Origin: a virus
Lineage: Duplodnaviria; Caudoviricetes
Direction: 5' to 3' (one strand)
Length of the DNA stretch: 64,000 nucleotides
IMG/VR virus record: IMGVR_UViG_3300025383_000009
A model generated the notes under the pieces. That model did not search any database. It saw only the letters and a program-made list of their open reading frames with translations, and had not been told where the DNA came from. The translations under genes were made by a program, and so were the position numbers. This document shows, one piece after another, positions 46,054 to 58,250 of this stretch; positions within the stretch are counted from its first letter, which is position 1; each line of letters opens with the position of its first letter.

Positions 46054-47654
46054 TATCTATTCCTGATAGTATTCAAGTAGTTTTTGATATCACCATTAGG
46101 CATAGCAAACCTACTTACTAATTCTGGCTTCATCATCTCTACCATCGTATATACGGCTTCTTCTGTTCCGATAGTACCTTGATCTAGTAGCTGTCTTATT
46201 GTGTCATAGTAGTACTTATTAAACTCTGTAACCTGATCCTTTGACCCACCAAATAATGTTGCACGACATACATAACTTGGTTTAGTTCCTACTATATTTG
46301 TCATGACATTGATATTACAACCATGGATCTCAGAGTTTGTTTGGTACGGGTATGATGTTAAGAAGAACTTATCTTTAGGTAGGAACAAGAAGTTATATGT
46401 ACCGATAGGTTCTGTAATACCAAAGCTGTTTGACATACCTGAATCTATCCAATAGAATCGTTTAGATCCTAGCGGGTTTTGTTCTGCCACGTCTTGTAGT
46501 AACTTGTTCTTAATGAGTGTTAGTGGTATGTAGTATGGGTTTCTTAGTGCAGAGTCTTTGATCCAATCAGATTGATTAATGAACGCATCGCTGTTGATGA
46601 TGGTTTGTATCTCTTGGAACGGCGTGTTGTTCTGGATATCTTGTAGTGTTAATACTCTACACTCAATACGATTGTTTGATGTAGCAATGCTTAGTTGTTT
46701 GCGTCTTAAACGTATATAGTCATGATACTTAGGATCTGCATAGACTACTAATGGGTTACGTACAGATAATAGATGATCTAGACCTTTGATATAGTGTTCT
46801 TCGAATGATCGATCTCCACGTGATATATCAACTGCCATGGTAACTAGTGTTACATCACCAGGATACTCATACGTATAGTCCATGGCTCTGAAATCAATAT
46901 AAGGAGCAGTGCGATTCTTTAGTAGTTCCTTAGGATAGAAGTCATATGGAACTTTAGAATCGTCTGGTCTTTGTCCAGCCATCTTAGAGCAATGGTCACC
47001 AAGGTGTCGAGCATACTCGCCATTAAGATAAACACCTTTGAATCCTAATGCAGTAAACTTACGATCGATGTTCCATTCATTATGCCACTTCTCTACTCGA
47101 CCTAACATGATAAGGTCATCTCTGCGTCTTAAGTTAGGAGAGCCGCACCATGCATGCCATGCTAAGTGATGGTCAGTTATCTTCCATGGTTTCTTCCAAA
47201 AGAACTCACCGTCTACAAGACCTTTTTGATAGGAGTCTATACCTTGGAACTCGAATGTTCTCCATGAGATGTCAACAACACCGACTTCTCGATACTTTTG
47301 TAGGATTGCTTTAGATTTATTCAGGTAACCTGGTTGTGTAAGTTCCCAGTCGTCTTCAAGGTAAAAGATGTAATCTGAATCACAATATGAGCACATAAAA
47401 TCCATCGCCCACCATTGTGATCTGTTTCTTGGGAAGCATATGACGTCACATATATCTCCATACTCTTCAACTAACTTCTCAAATACACCTTCCTCAGCGG
47501 AGTCATCTACGATCACCATCTTGGTGACATAGTCTTGGGTATCAAAGAATGATTGAAGTGTCTTGGCTAAGACATCTAGTCTGTTACAGGATAGTACAAA
47601 GGTAGTTGTATCTGAATCTGGTTGGTCAACGGTGTGGAACTTCACTTGTGACAT
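46053..47654 (-). CDS. Fusion of a GT2-like glycosyltransferase and a HtrL/YibB-like domain
   Basis: N-terminal LSCNR...IVDDS...YLEDDW; C-terminal VTLVTM...NPLVVY...QNPLGSKRFYWIDSG...LFGG...IGTEE. Confidence 0.7.
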   Translation of the reverse strand: MSQVKFHTVDQPDSDTTTFVLSCNRLDVLAKTLQSFFDTQDYVTKMVIVDDSAEEGVFEKLVEEYGDICDVICFPRNRSQWWAMDFMCSYCDSDYIFYLEDDWELTQPGYLNKSKAILQKYREVGVVDISWRTFEFQGIDSYQKGLVDGEFFWKKPWKITDHHLAWHAWCGSPNLRRRDDLIMLGRVEKWHNEWNIDRKFTALGFKGVYLNGEYARHLGDHCSKMAGQRPDDSKVPYDFYPKELLKNRTAPYIDFRAMDYTYEYPGDVTLVTMAVDISRGDRSFEEHYIKGLDHLLSVRNPLVVYADPKYHDYIRLRRKQLSIATSNNRIECRVLTLQDIQNNTPFQEIQTIINSDAFINQSDWIKDSALRNPYYIPLTLIKNKLLQDVAEQNPLGSKRFYWIDSGMSNSFGITEPIGTYNFLFLPKDKFFLTSYPYQTNSEIHGCNINVMTNIVGTKPSYVCRATLFGGSKDQVTEFNKYYYDTIRQLLDQGTIGTEEAVYTMVEMMKPELVSRFAMPNGDIKNYLNTIRNR

Positions 47655-47678
47655 AGTTACTCCTCAGGGTATTATATG

Positions 47679-47707
47679 ATTATAATATAGATTGTGTTTA
47701 ATGTAAA
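47679..47707 (-). promoter_or_regulatory. Early promoter TTTACA-N17-TATAAT heading the second modification operon
   Basis: Exact spacing. Confidence 0.7.
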
Positions 47708-47708
47708 A

Positions 47709-50700
47709 TTATTTATCTATCTTTTTAGATAGCTCATCTATTTGTTTTTGTTGTTCTTTGATAGCGTTGATTAGGAAACCAAACAAGCCGTTGTAGTTAA
47801 CTGACTTATTACCAGCATCGTCTGTCGTTACGAGGTCTGGTATCACTTCTTCAAGCTCTTGAGCAATAACACCGTAAGACTTCATGCCGTTGTTTTTCCA
47901 TTGGAACTCAACACCGTTTAACTGTGTTATAGTATCAGCAGCGTTCTTGATCTTCTTGATGTTCTTTTTCTTACGCTTATCTGATAGAGAGTTGAATATC
48001 GTAGCGTTGATAGTACCAGTAGATGGGTTAAAGTATAATCCAGCGCTTGCAGTGTATGCAGTAGAGAAAGTACCAGATGTCGCAGATGACATAACTGGAT
48101 AGTATGGACCAGCTGACGCATTATCATTAGTGATCGTAGCACCACCACCTGATGCAGATAATGCAACACCGTTAAGATATATGCTACTGAAGTAACCAGC
48201 TTGTGAAGACATAGAACCGGTAGCACCAACAAAGCCTGTGGCACCTGTTGCACCAGTAACTAAAGCAGGACCAGTAATATTACCAGTTGCAGTGATAGAT
48301 CCTGTAGCTCCTACTGTCGCAGTTCCAACTCCTAATGAACCTAGTATGTATACAGCACCAGTCGCGCCTGTAGCACCAGTAAGTGTACCAAATTGTGCAG
48401 TAAATGCTGAGTTATATGCTGTAGATTGTGTTCCTGCAGGACCAGTAGCACCGTTAGTTCCTGCAGGACCAGTGGCACCGTTAGTTCCTGCTGTACCTGT
48501 AGCTCCGTTAGTTCCGTTAGTTCCTGCAGGACCAGTGGCACCGTTAGTTCCTGCTGTACCTGTAGCTCCGTTAGTTCCGTTAGTTCCTGCAGGACCAGTG
48601 GCACCGTTAGTTCCTGCAGGACCAGTAGCACCTGCAGCGCCAGATGCGCCAGTAACTGATACACCACCAACAGTTAGTGTATTAAAGTATCCTGATAAAC
48701 CTGATATAGAGCCAGTAGCTCCAATAAATCCTGTAGCACCTGTTGCACCAGCAACTATGTTTGATGATGTTAATATATTAGTAGTAACGCCTGTTGCACC
48801 AATCGTACCAACACTTAATGTATTAGTGGTAACACCTGTCGCACCAATAGTTCCAGCAGATAGTGTTGCGATAGTACCAAGTGATGTTAAGCTTGACGCT
48901 GTGATACCAGAACCCAATGTATTTGCACTAAGCACTGACACACCATTGATATAGTATGCTTTGTTTGTACCAGATAAGTTCCAGTTTTCTGAAGCATTCC
49001 AGTAACCAGTGTTTGTTCCACCAGTAGTAGCTGATGATTGCCAGATTAATGTCTTATCTGCTGTACCATGTAATGTTATACCACCGCCTGCTGCTGTAGT
49101 ATCTGTAGGTGTTGTTACTTTACCAAGCTCAACGTTTATATCATTAACGGTTAGAGTAGTTGTATTGATTGTAGTAGTTGTACCATTAACTGTAAGGTTA
49201 CCAGTAACCACTGCATTACCACCAACGTTAAGATCACCTGAGGCATTAATAGAACCTGTTGCACCAGTAGCTCCTGTGCCAATTTCAAGAGTTTGCAGTG
49301 CTGCGTTAGTGGATACTAATGTATTTGTTGTAACACCTGTTGCACCGACTGTGAATGCTGTCAATGCACCAGTAGCACCAAGTGTTGTAGATCCAACTGC
49401 AAGACCACCACCATGTGCAGCTCCACCGCTTGATACGATAGAACCTGTAGCACCAAGTGTTGTAGATCCAACTGCAAGACCACCACCATGTGCAGCTCCA
49501 CCGCTTGATACGATAGAACCTGTAGCGCCAACAGTTCCTCCACCAACGTTTAGTGGAGCGTTCATGTTGATGGCACCAGATGCACCGATAACCATCGCCG
49601 CTGTAGATAAGCTATTAATTACAAAGTAGATAGCATTAGATCCGTATGTACCGATAGCTAGGTCTTGTGACTGTGAACCTAAGTATGCTATACCAGGATT
49701 ACTGAATATACCTGTACCAGAGAACGTTGGTGAGTTGATACCAAGCTCTGCATAGTTAGTTGAGTTTGTAGCAAGTGCATTTGATACAACGAAGTTCGTT
49801 GATGCATTAGCTGTGTTGCTTGTATTTTGTAAAAGTAGTTGGTTATAGTTATCGACTGATGATGACCATGAACCCATGATGTTACCATCTGCATAGTTTA
49901 GTGTACCGTATGCAAACGCACCTTGTGTGCCTGATGCACCTATAGATGCTGTCGCTACATGTGTAGGTGCAGAGAATATACCTGTGCTTGGAGTAAATGA
50001 GTATGTAGTTGCAAGATAGCCGTTAGGCATCGGGCCAGTAGCACCTGTCATGACTGGATAGTATGTTACACCAGTCGCACCTAATCCAATACTACCGATG
50101 ATACCTGTTGCGCCAGTGGCACCATTTATTCCTGCTGTACCGGTCGCACCAGTTGCACCATTTATCCCTGCTGTACCTGTAGCACCATTAGTTCCGTTGG
50201 TTCCTGCTGGACCAGTGGCACCTGTTGCACCATTGATACCTGTCGAACCTGACGCACCTTGTGAACCATTAGTTCCTGCTGGACCGGTTGCACCAGTCGC
50301 TCCACTAATACCTGTCGAACCTGATGCACCTTGCACACCTTGAATACCTTGGATACCTTGAGGACCTGTAGCTCCTGTATTACCGGTAACACCAGTCGCA
50401 CCATTAGTTCCTGCAGAACCAGTCGCACCGTTTGTTCCTGCAGAACCAGTCGCACCGTTTGTACCTGCACTTCCAGTTGCACCTGCAGTCCCTGTTGCAC
50501 CGTTTGTACCGTTAATTCCTGCAGAACCAGTCGCACCGTTTGTTCCTGCTGTACCTGTGGCGCCTGTTAAACCCGTTAATCCTGTAGCACCTTGTACACC
50601 TTGAACTCCAGTAGCTCCGGTTAATCCAGTAGAACCTGATGCACCTTGTACACCTTGAGAACCTGTAGCACCGCTTGCACCTTGTACACCTTGAGAACCT

Positions 50701-51737
50701 GTAGCACCGCTTGCACCTTGGATACCTTGAGAACCTGTTGCACCACTAATACCGGTGGCACCTGTTAAACCAGTAGAACCTGAAGCACCTTGCGTTCCTG
50801 ATACTATACCAAGGAATAACTGGTGATCATTTGCAAAGTTGCTTGTTCCTGTACCTCCGCTAGATACTAAGGTTACAGGTATATCGTACCAGCTATTAGT
50901 ACCGCTTGTTTGGTTTGTTACTGTCCCTGATATTGTCCATATCTGGTAGTTATTAGACAAATTTGCATCTTGAATGATGAACTCTTGACCTTGTTGAAGC
51001 AAAGCAAGATAGATGTCGATGTCAATAGCATTAGTAGAACCACCACTTATAGTGTCTTCTGTTAGGTGACTGACCCAGATGTTTGTTGAACTTATCTGTG
51101 TAGAGTTATTCCATACGATGTATCCATCACCAACGTATGTAGAACCGCTTTGAGTCGTTGTCTTTGCTTGATAGTTGAATATACTGTTTGATTGGCCTGC
51201 TGCACCTTGAGAACCTGTGGCTCCAGTATAACCAGTAGCACCAGTTAATCCTGTACCAGTGGCACCGGTTAAACCTGTAGAACCTGAAGCACCTTGAATA
51301 CCTTGAGCACCTGTTGCACCGGTTAAACCTGTAGAACCTGAAGCACCTTGAATACCTTGAGCACCTGTTGCACCGGTTAAACCTGTAGAACCTGAAGCAC
51401 CTTGAATACCTTGAGTGCCTGTTGCACCAGTATAACCAGTCGCACCAGTTAAACCAGTACTTCCACTTGCTCCTTGAATACCTTGAGAACCTGTAGCTCC
51501 TGTTAAACCTGTGGAACCACTAGCACCTTGAACACCGCTTGCACCTTGAACACCTGTAGCACCAGTATTACCTGTGACTCCAGTTGCTCCTGTTAAACCT
51601 GTTGAGCCTGATGCACCTTGAAGAGTTCCGGTCGCGCCGATCCAATTACCGTATTGGTCGATGACGTCGACGATGCCTGAGGCACCACCAACGGATAGTC
51701 CGTTCTTGATGACGAACGATTTATTGCTTGTAGACAC
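47709..51737 (-). CDS. Collagen-like tail fibre with C-terminal peptidase S74 intramolecular chaperone
   Basis: G-A-T/S triplet runs; [13 protein letters not shown]...[16 protein letters not shown]...VNYNGL coiled-coil end; GTG start. Confidence 0.9.
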
Positions 51738-51776
51738 GGTTCATTTTCCCCAGTGTTTATGTGTATATGTTATTTA

Positions 51777-54700
51777 TTAGTACCCGTATGTGATCTTATC
51801 TAAATCTGTCCTTGATTGGAAGTTACCAGATACGATGTTCACTATCAATGTACTGCCATCCCATGATACTATTGTACCAGCTGCAGGGTTTTGTGGACCT
51901 ATGCCAGCAGAATCAACTGTGATCTCTGTGCCGACCAATGAAGCGAAGTCGATTAAGTTAGACCAGTATGTATCTGGGTATAAGTATGCTTTACCTAATG
52001 GTATCGCGCCGTTATCAGAGTTATTTAATGAGTAGAATAAGTTTAATCCGCTTGGGTCATCAACAGTTGTTCCACCGATACGACCTTGTACAGACTCTCT
52101 TACCCAACTAATCGCTGTGCCAGAAGATGTTGGAGTTACCTTCAATGATATCACTGAACCGTTTGTTACTGCTGTTACATCCATGACTTTCGTAGCTTTA
52201 TCTGATCTTAATGTCGCATACTCAGTCATGTAAACTGCAGACGCATTTTGTGTTAAGATAACTTCTGTAGCTTGTACTTTGTTTGTTGTGCTAACACCTT
52301 GTACGATATACTTAGCTGTACCAACTTCGTTAGCAGCAAACATATCTACTGTTGTTTGTGATGTGCCAGATAATCCTGTTGAACCGTTTGCTAGGCTGTA
52401 ACCTTGTAGACCTGTGTAACCTTGATCACCGTCAGGACCAGTAGCACCTGAAGCACCAGTAATACCAGTAGCACCATCTAAACCGGTTTCACCTTGTATA
52501 CCTTGGTCTCCGTCTAAACCTGTTTGACCTTGTTCACCAGTTACACCTGAAGCACCTTGTACACCAGTAGCACCAGTTGAACCTGTATAACCTTGTTCAC
52601 CGAAAGCACCAGTTGCACCTTTATATCCATTAATACCTGTGGCACCATCTTGACCTGTTACACCTGATGCACCTTCCATACCGACTGCACCGTCAAGGTT
52701 AACATAAAGTGTATCAACTCCTGGAGTACTGTTACCTACTTCTGTTACGATAGTAATATTAATAGTACCAGTAATATTATCATAACTGTTTACTAAAGCT
52801 GTAGCAAAGTTCTCTGAATCTTTAGAGATGATGATAGTTTGACCAGCAGCATATGAATATGAGTAGTCAAGTGTTTGTGAATCTATTTGTATATTGATAT
52901 CACCACTTACATTGATATTTACACCGTTATCAATGTAGTAGTCAGTGTTAAGTAATATTGCTTTGAATCTATGACCATATGAACCAGTTGCACCATCAGT
53001 ACCAGTCTCACCTGTTGGACCTGATGCACCATCGATACCTTGTACACCAGTAGCACCTGTTGCACCGTCTTGACCTGTAGGACCAGTCGCTGCGTCATAA
53101 CCTAAGATACCTTGTTGACCGTCTGGACCTGTTGGACCTTGTACACCTGTAGCACCTGTCTCACCAGTTTGACCTTGATCACCAGTTATACCGATTCCGC
53201 CATCGATACCAGTTGCACCGTCTTGACCTGTTGGACCTGATGCACCATCAATGCCTTGGTTACCGTCTGGACCAGTAGCACCTGTTGCACCAGTTGAACC
53301 TGTGTAACCTATGTTAGTTGCAGCTGTATTACCTAAATATGTGTATCCACTTGGAACATCATGTTGTGGAGTAGTTATTAATTCAAACACAGCACCATCG
53401 AGTGTGCTTACTGCTGGATAACTATGCGATTGAGCTAATAAGAATGGTGAACCGTTAGTATTAGTTGCTGGATCACCGCCTTTTGACCATGCTCCACCGT
53501 TAACTCTTGCCCAAAATACTCCTGTATTATAATTATAATTAACTGCAACTTCTACTAAATCTCCAACGCCCCAATTAATACCTAATGAATCAGTTTGGAT
53601 ACCATTTATCCAAACAGTACCATCTTGTTGGAATCCTTGCGATTGGTCATCATATCTTCCTAATGCATTATTAACATCAATGCCAGATGTTCCTAAGCCA
53701 ATGCGATTAGTAGTAGCAGGTATATCAGCATCTAACCTTACACCAAACATACTTAAACCAGAGTTAGCGTATGTTGCCATTTCAGCAGTAGTTATTGCTG
53801 ATTCAACATAACCAACTGTACCACTTAATATTGTATTTGCGCCGTTACTGCCGCTTGAAATTGTTTGATTAGGCCCATAATGACCATAACCAGTATCAAA
53901 TTGAATTGCAGCTGATGAACCATCACCACCTTGAGCACCAGTAGCACCAGTATAACCTGTTGCACCATCTACACCTGTGTAACCTTGTTCGCCATCAGGA
54001 CCTGTTGCACCATCTAAACCTGTTGAACCTTGGATACCATCAGCACCAGAAGCTCCGTCTATACCAGCTTCACCAGTTGCACCTTGAAATCCTCGTTCAC
54101 CTGTAGCACCAGCAACACCAGTTGCACCAGTTAAACCTACTGTACCTGTAGCACCATCAGCACCAGTTGCACCTCTGGCATTATATGTACGACCTTGCAA
54201 TCCTCGTTCGCCATCGATACCTTGTGCGCCGTCTTGACCGGTAACACCAGTAGCACCAATTTGACCTACTGCTCCGTCAAGGTTGATTACCCATGCGTTA
54301 TGTGAACCAGTACCTACGTGATCTGTTTGTGTAAATGCAAGGATGTTTGTTACTGGATCGTAACTTGTAACTGTACCATGTTGATGTATACCACCACCAT
54401 CGGTAAGAATAATTGTTTCACCACCACCATAACTTAATCTTTCATCTACGACTACAACTCCTGTAGCACCTGTAGATGCAAGTGTAAATGCAGTGGTTGA
54501 AGAAGTTTTGTATCTGTGACCATATGAACCAGTTGCACCAACTTCACCTGTTTGACCTGTTGCACCTATGTAACCAGCATTTCCTGTTACACCACGACGT
54601 AAGAATGTGAATCCGCTTGGAACACCGTATTCAGCAACATCATTGATAGTAAATTGTGCAGGACCATTAGAACCATAGATACCTACTGCTGGATAAACAC

Positions 54701-55886
54701 CAGCACTAAATACAGAATTATCAACTGATAAACCGCCAACACCAGTAGCTGGATCATTAGAGATATTACCATTCCAGTAACCATTGTTTACTCTGAACCA
54801 TATTAAATGGTTATCAGTGTCTACAGCTATATCAATCTTGTCTCCACTAGTATAGCTATCATAATGAGTTACATATGAACCAGCATAATAGATATCACCG
54901 TTTTGCGTATAAGCTATGGAGTTTTCATCAGGACCACCAAGCATAGCATTAAGATCAACATTACTGTTTGCGATACCAACTGAATTAGCGTTGTCACTAA
55001 AGTAATCGAAGGTAAAGCTGAACATGTAAGCATTGCCGCCGGCAATGTTTTGAGTACCTAGCGCATTATAGTAACCTTCGTTATCATCTGAAATTGTGAA
55101 GTAGTCGTCATTTGGGTAATATAACTGACTACCGATATAAGCTGGATCGAATACGTATGTGTTTGCAATGTAACCACCGAATCCACCTGTAGCACCATCA
55201 AGACCTGTTGGACCTTGATCACCTGTTACACCTTGAACACCAGTAGCACCGTCATAACCTTGTGCACCATCTTGACCAGTTACACCTTGAGAACCTGTAG
55301 CACCTTGGGCGCCTGTTGCTCCTGTAGCACCTGTCTCACCAGTTGGGCCAGTTGCACCTGCATAACCTGTATTTGTAGCAGCGCTATATCCTGTAATTGT
55401 GATTGTTGCATTTACTGGAATATCACCTAAAGTTATAGGTGTGTTTGTTAAACCTAAGAAAGATATATCACCTTGATCTACATAATTATAAACTGTGTAT
55501 GTAACTGAGTTATATACAAACGTCATTCCTGGTGCAGGAGTAGCTGATAGCGCTCTACCATCAATACGAATGTAGCTACCGTAGAGCGTTGGATATACTA
55601 ACCAAGCGTTATCTAATGCAGCTGTTACAGTTGCATCGATTGATACATATGTACCACCATTACCGCCTGTAGCACCTGTTTGACCAGTTACACCAGAAGC
55701 ACCATCAATACCGGTAGCACCAGTAGATCCTGTCTCTCCTCTAACACCTGTTGCACCGTATGGTGATTCACCTGGACCAGAAGCTCCGACCCATTCACCA
55801 GCTGTGTTGATGACCTCAAATCCAGAGGCACCGACCGCTAGTCCGTTCTTGACGTTAAACTTTATATCATTGGTTGGTAGTGACAC
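51777..55886 (-). CDS. Collagen-like fibre protein with two SPRY/B30.2-like domains
   Basis: Gly-X-Y runs interrupted by GD(K/L)(I/V)xxAV...WxRVNxGxW...YPAV domains; GTG start. Confidence 0.85.
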   Translation of the reverse strand: MSLPTNDIKFNVKNGLAVGASGFEVINTAGEWVGASGPGESPYGATGVRGETGSTGATGIDGASGVTGQTGATGGNGGTYVSIDATVTAALDNAWLVYPTLYGSYIRIDGRALSATPAPGMTFVYNSVTYTVYNYVDQGDISFLGLTNTPITLGDIPVNATITITGYSAATNTGYAGATGPTGETGATGATGAQGATGSQGVTGQDGAQGYDGATGVQGVTGDQGPTGLDGATGGFGGYIANTYVFDPAYIGSQLYYPNDDYFTISDDNEGYYNALGTQNIAGGNAYMFSFTFDYFSDNANSVGIANSNVDLNAMLGGPDENSIAYTQNGDIYYAGSYVTHYDSYTSGDKIDIAVDTDNHLIWFRVNNGYWNGNISNDPATGVGGLSVDNSVFSAGVYPAVGIYGSNGPAQFTINDVAEYGVPSGFTFLRRGVTGNAGYIGATGQTGEVGATGSYGHRYKTSSTTAFTLASTGATGVVVVDERLSYGGGETIILTDGGGIHQHGTVTSYDPVTNILAFTQTDHVGTGSHNAWVINLDGAVGQIGATGVTGQDGAQGIDGERGLQGRTYNARGATGADGATGTVGLTGATGVAGATGERGFQGATGEAGIDGASGADGIQGSTGLDGATGPDGEQGYTGVDGATGYTGATGAQGGDGSSAAIQFDTGYGHYGPNQTISSGSNGANTILSGTVGYVESAITTAEMATYANSGLSMFGVRLDADIPATTNRIGLGTSGIDVNNALGRYDDQSQGFQQDGTVWINGIQTDSLGINWGVGDLVEVAVNYNYNTGVFWARVNGGAWSKGGDPATNTNGSPFLLAQSHSYPAVSTLDGAVFELITTPQHDVPSGYTYLGNTAATNIGYTGSTGATGATGPDGNQGIDGASGPTGQDGATGIDGGIGITGDQGQTGETGATGVQGPTGPDGQQGILGYDAATGPTGQDGATGATGVQGIDGASGPTGETGTDGATGSYGHRFKAILLNTDYYIDNGVNINVSGDINIQIDSQTLDYSYSYAAGQTIIISKDSENFATALVNSYDNITGTINITIVTEVGNSTPGVDTLYVNLDGAVGMEGASGVTGQDGATGINGYKGATGAFGEQGYTGSTGATGVQGASGVTGEQGQTGLDGDQGIQGETGLDGATGITGASGATGPDGDQGYTGLQGYSLANGSTGLSGTSQTTVDMFAANEVGTAKYIVQGVSTTNKVQATEVILTQNASAVYMTEYATLRSDKATKVMDVTAVTNGSVISLKVTPTSSGTAISWVRESVQGRIGGTTVDDPSGLNLFYSLNNSDNGAIPLGKAYLYPDTYWSNLIDFASLVGTEITVDSAGIGPQNPAAGTIVSWDGSTLIVNIVSGNFQSRTDLDKITYGY

Positions 55887-55914
55887 GTGCCTATCTCCTG
55901 AATTTTATTTGTTA

Positions 55915-58191
55915 TTAAGCTAGTACTGCTTCTCTTAAGAAGTCGATTGTTGTGTTTGTATTTACTGGTGATACTTTAACGTATACTGTACCAGAGTCAT
56001 AGTTTGCACTTACAGTCATTAGAGACGCTGTTGAGTACATCGTTGCATACTCTGTAACTGAAGCATCTGAACCATCATGCGTTACCAATACTTCTGTTGA
56101 GTGTACATCGCTACCATGTGTAGCTTGGATGATATACTTAGCTGTCCTGTAAACTGTAGCATCATATGAATCGATAGTTTGGTTAGCAACTGTAGTTGTT
56201 AATGGATCGTTTCCTGCAGTTAAACCTGTACCTGTAGCACCAGTTAAACCTGTTGAACCACTTGCACCTTGGTAACCAGTAGCTCCATCTAATCCTTGAG
56301 GACCTGTTGCTCCTGTGAAACCTGAAGCACCTTGGATACCAGTTGCACCAGTATAACCTGTTGCACCAGTATAACCAGTCGCACCATCTACACCTTGAGG
56401 ACCTGTTGCACCAGTGAAACCTGTAGCACCTGATGCACCTTGGAAACCAGTGGCACCTGAAGCACCATCGATACCTGTTGCACCTGTGTAACCAGTTGCA
56501 CCTTGAACACCTTGTGCACCATCAAGGTTAACTGTCCATGCTGTATGTTCACCTGAACCAACTGCTGTTGTCTTGTCGAATACTAATTGGTCACCGCTGT
56601 AACTTACAACTGTACCTAATTGATAATTTGTATCATCGTAAGCAACTACGATTGATTGAGCTGGAGTATAAGCTAAACCAGAATCAACTGTTAATGTGAT
56701 TTGACCAGTTCCGCCGATAGTGAATCTTGAAGTTGATGATGTTGCATAGAGGTCACCGTTAGCACCGCTAGCACCAGCAATACCTGTTGCACCTGTGTAA
56801 CCAGTTGCACCATCGATACCTGTAGCACCTGAAGCGCCGTCAATACCAGTTGCACCAGTATAACCGGTTGCACCATCGATACCTGAAGCACCGTCAATAC
56901 CTGTCGCACCTGTGTAACCTGTAGCACCATCGATACCAGTTGCACCTGTATAACCTGTAGCACCAGTATAACCTGTCGCGCCACTTGCACCGTCGATACC
57001 TGTAGCACCTGTATAACCTGTTGCACCATCGATACCAGTTGCGCCTGAAGCACCTTGATATCCTTGTACACCATCGTTACCTTGAGCACCTGTTGCACCA
57101 CTTGCACCTACTGGACCAGTAGCACCTGTATCACCAGTATAACCTGTAGCGCCGTCAGCACCAGTTGCACCTGAAGCTCCTTGAATACCTGTCGCACCGC
57201 TTGCACCATCAGCACCGGTTGCACCAGAAGCACCATCAATGCCTGTTGCACCGCTAGCACCTTGAAAACCAGTAGCACCTGATGCACCTTGATCTCCTTG
57301 AGAACCGGTTGCACCTGTGTAACCAGTGGCGCCTGAAGCACCTTGGAAACCTGTAGCACCTGATGCACCATCGGCACCTGTAGCACCGCTTGCACCTTGA
57401 ATACCTGTTGCACCTGTATAACCTGTAGCACCTTGAACACCGACAGCACCATCAAGGTTTACTGTCCATGCTGTATATTGTGTGCCTGTTGCATGATCTG
57501 CGGTTGTGATGATTAAATCTAATTGACCAGTACCTGAATTGTAGTTATCTACATAACCGATTACATAATCGGTAGGATTAGTTTGAGAAGCAACTAATAC
57601 TGATTGTTGTGGAGTATATGAAAGACCAGTTTCTACATTAATTGTTAATGTAACACCAAGAGCGTAGTCTGTAAGTGTTAATGGATCAGTTGAGGTTGTT
57701 GCGTATTTGTCACCGTTAAGACCGGCAGAACCTGTTGCACCTGTTTGACCAGTTGCACCTGTATAACCTGTAGCACCTGATGCACCATCGATACCAGTTG
57801 CACCAGTATAACCTGTAGCACCTGTGTAACCTGTTGCGCCGTCAATACCTGTTGCACCTGTAACACCAGTAGCACCTGTATAACCTGTAGCACCATCTAT
57901 ACCAGTTGCACCACTTGCACCATCAATACCAGTAGCACCTGTATAACCTGTGGCACCATCAGCACCCGTGGCACCTGATGCACCATCGATACCGGTTGCA
58001 CCGGTATAACCGGTTGCACCGTCAATACCTTGGACACCTGTTGCACCTGTGTAACCTGTGGCACCTGTAGCTCCAGCAGGAAGTTCGGCTCCTATCCAAT
58101 TACCGTTTTCGTCAATGACGTCAATTATGCCTGACGCACCCCCTACGGATAGCCCGTTTCTTACTACAAAAGTTGAATTATTCGTTGCCAC
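55915..58191 (-). CDS. Collagen-like fibre protein
   Basis: GATG(Y/I)(T/D) repeats; shared N-terminal and C-terminal modules; GTG start. Confidence 0.88.
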   Translation of the reverse strand: MATNNSTFVVRNGLSVGGASGIIDVIDENGNWIGAELPAGATGATGYTGATGVQGIDGATGYTGATGIDGASGATGADGATGYTGATGIDGASGATGIDGATGYTGATGVTGATGIDGATGYTGATGYTGATGIDGASGATGYTGATGQTGATGSAGLNGDKYATTSTDPLTLTDYALGVTLTINVETGLSYTPQQSVLVASQTNPTDYVIGYVDNYNSGTGQLDLIITTADHATGTQYTAWTVNLDGAVGVQGATGYTGATGIQGASGATGADGASGATGFQGASGATGYTGATGSQGDQGASGATGFQGASGATGIDGASGATGADGASGATGIQGASGATGADGATGYTGDTGATGPVGASGATGAQGNDGVQGYQGASGATGIDGATGYTGATGIDGASGATGYTGATGYTGATGIDGATGYTGATGIDGASGIDGATGYTGATGIDGASGATGIDGATGYTGATGIAGASGANGDLYATSSTSRFTIGGTGQITLTVDSGLAYTPAQSIVVAYDDTNYQLGTVVSYSGDQLVFDKTTAVGSGEHTAWTVNLDGAQGVQGATGYTGATGIDGASGATGFQGASGATGFTGATGPQGVDGATGYTGATGYTGATGIQGASGFTGATGPQGLDGATGYQGASGSTGLTGATGTGLTAGNDPLTTTVANQTIDSYDATVYRTAKYIIQATHGSDVHSTEVLVTHDGSDASVTEYATMYSTASLMTVSANYDSGTVYVKVSPVNTNTTIDFLREAVLA

Positions 58192-58232
58192 AGTTTGATC
58201 TCCTTGATGATGGTGTTAGTGCTTTATACTAT

Positions 58233-58240
58233 TATTTATA
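58233..58240 (-). promoter_or_regulatory. Late promoter TATAAATA
   Basis: Exact consensus before the collagen fibre gene. Confidence 0.7.
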
Positions 58241-58250
58241 ATAAATTTAT

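Noticed and set aside
51715-51750. Out-of-frame upstream ORF MNRVYKQ overlapping the GTG start of the S74 fibre
   Set aside because: It is very short, has no counterpart at the paralogous GTG starts, and is not distinguishable from chance.
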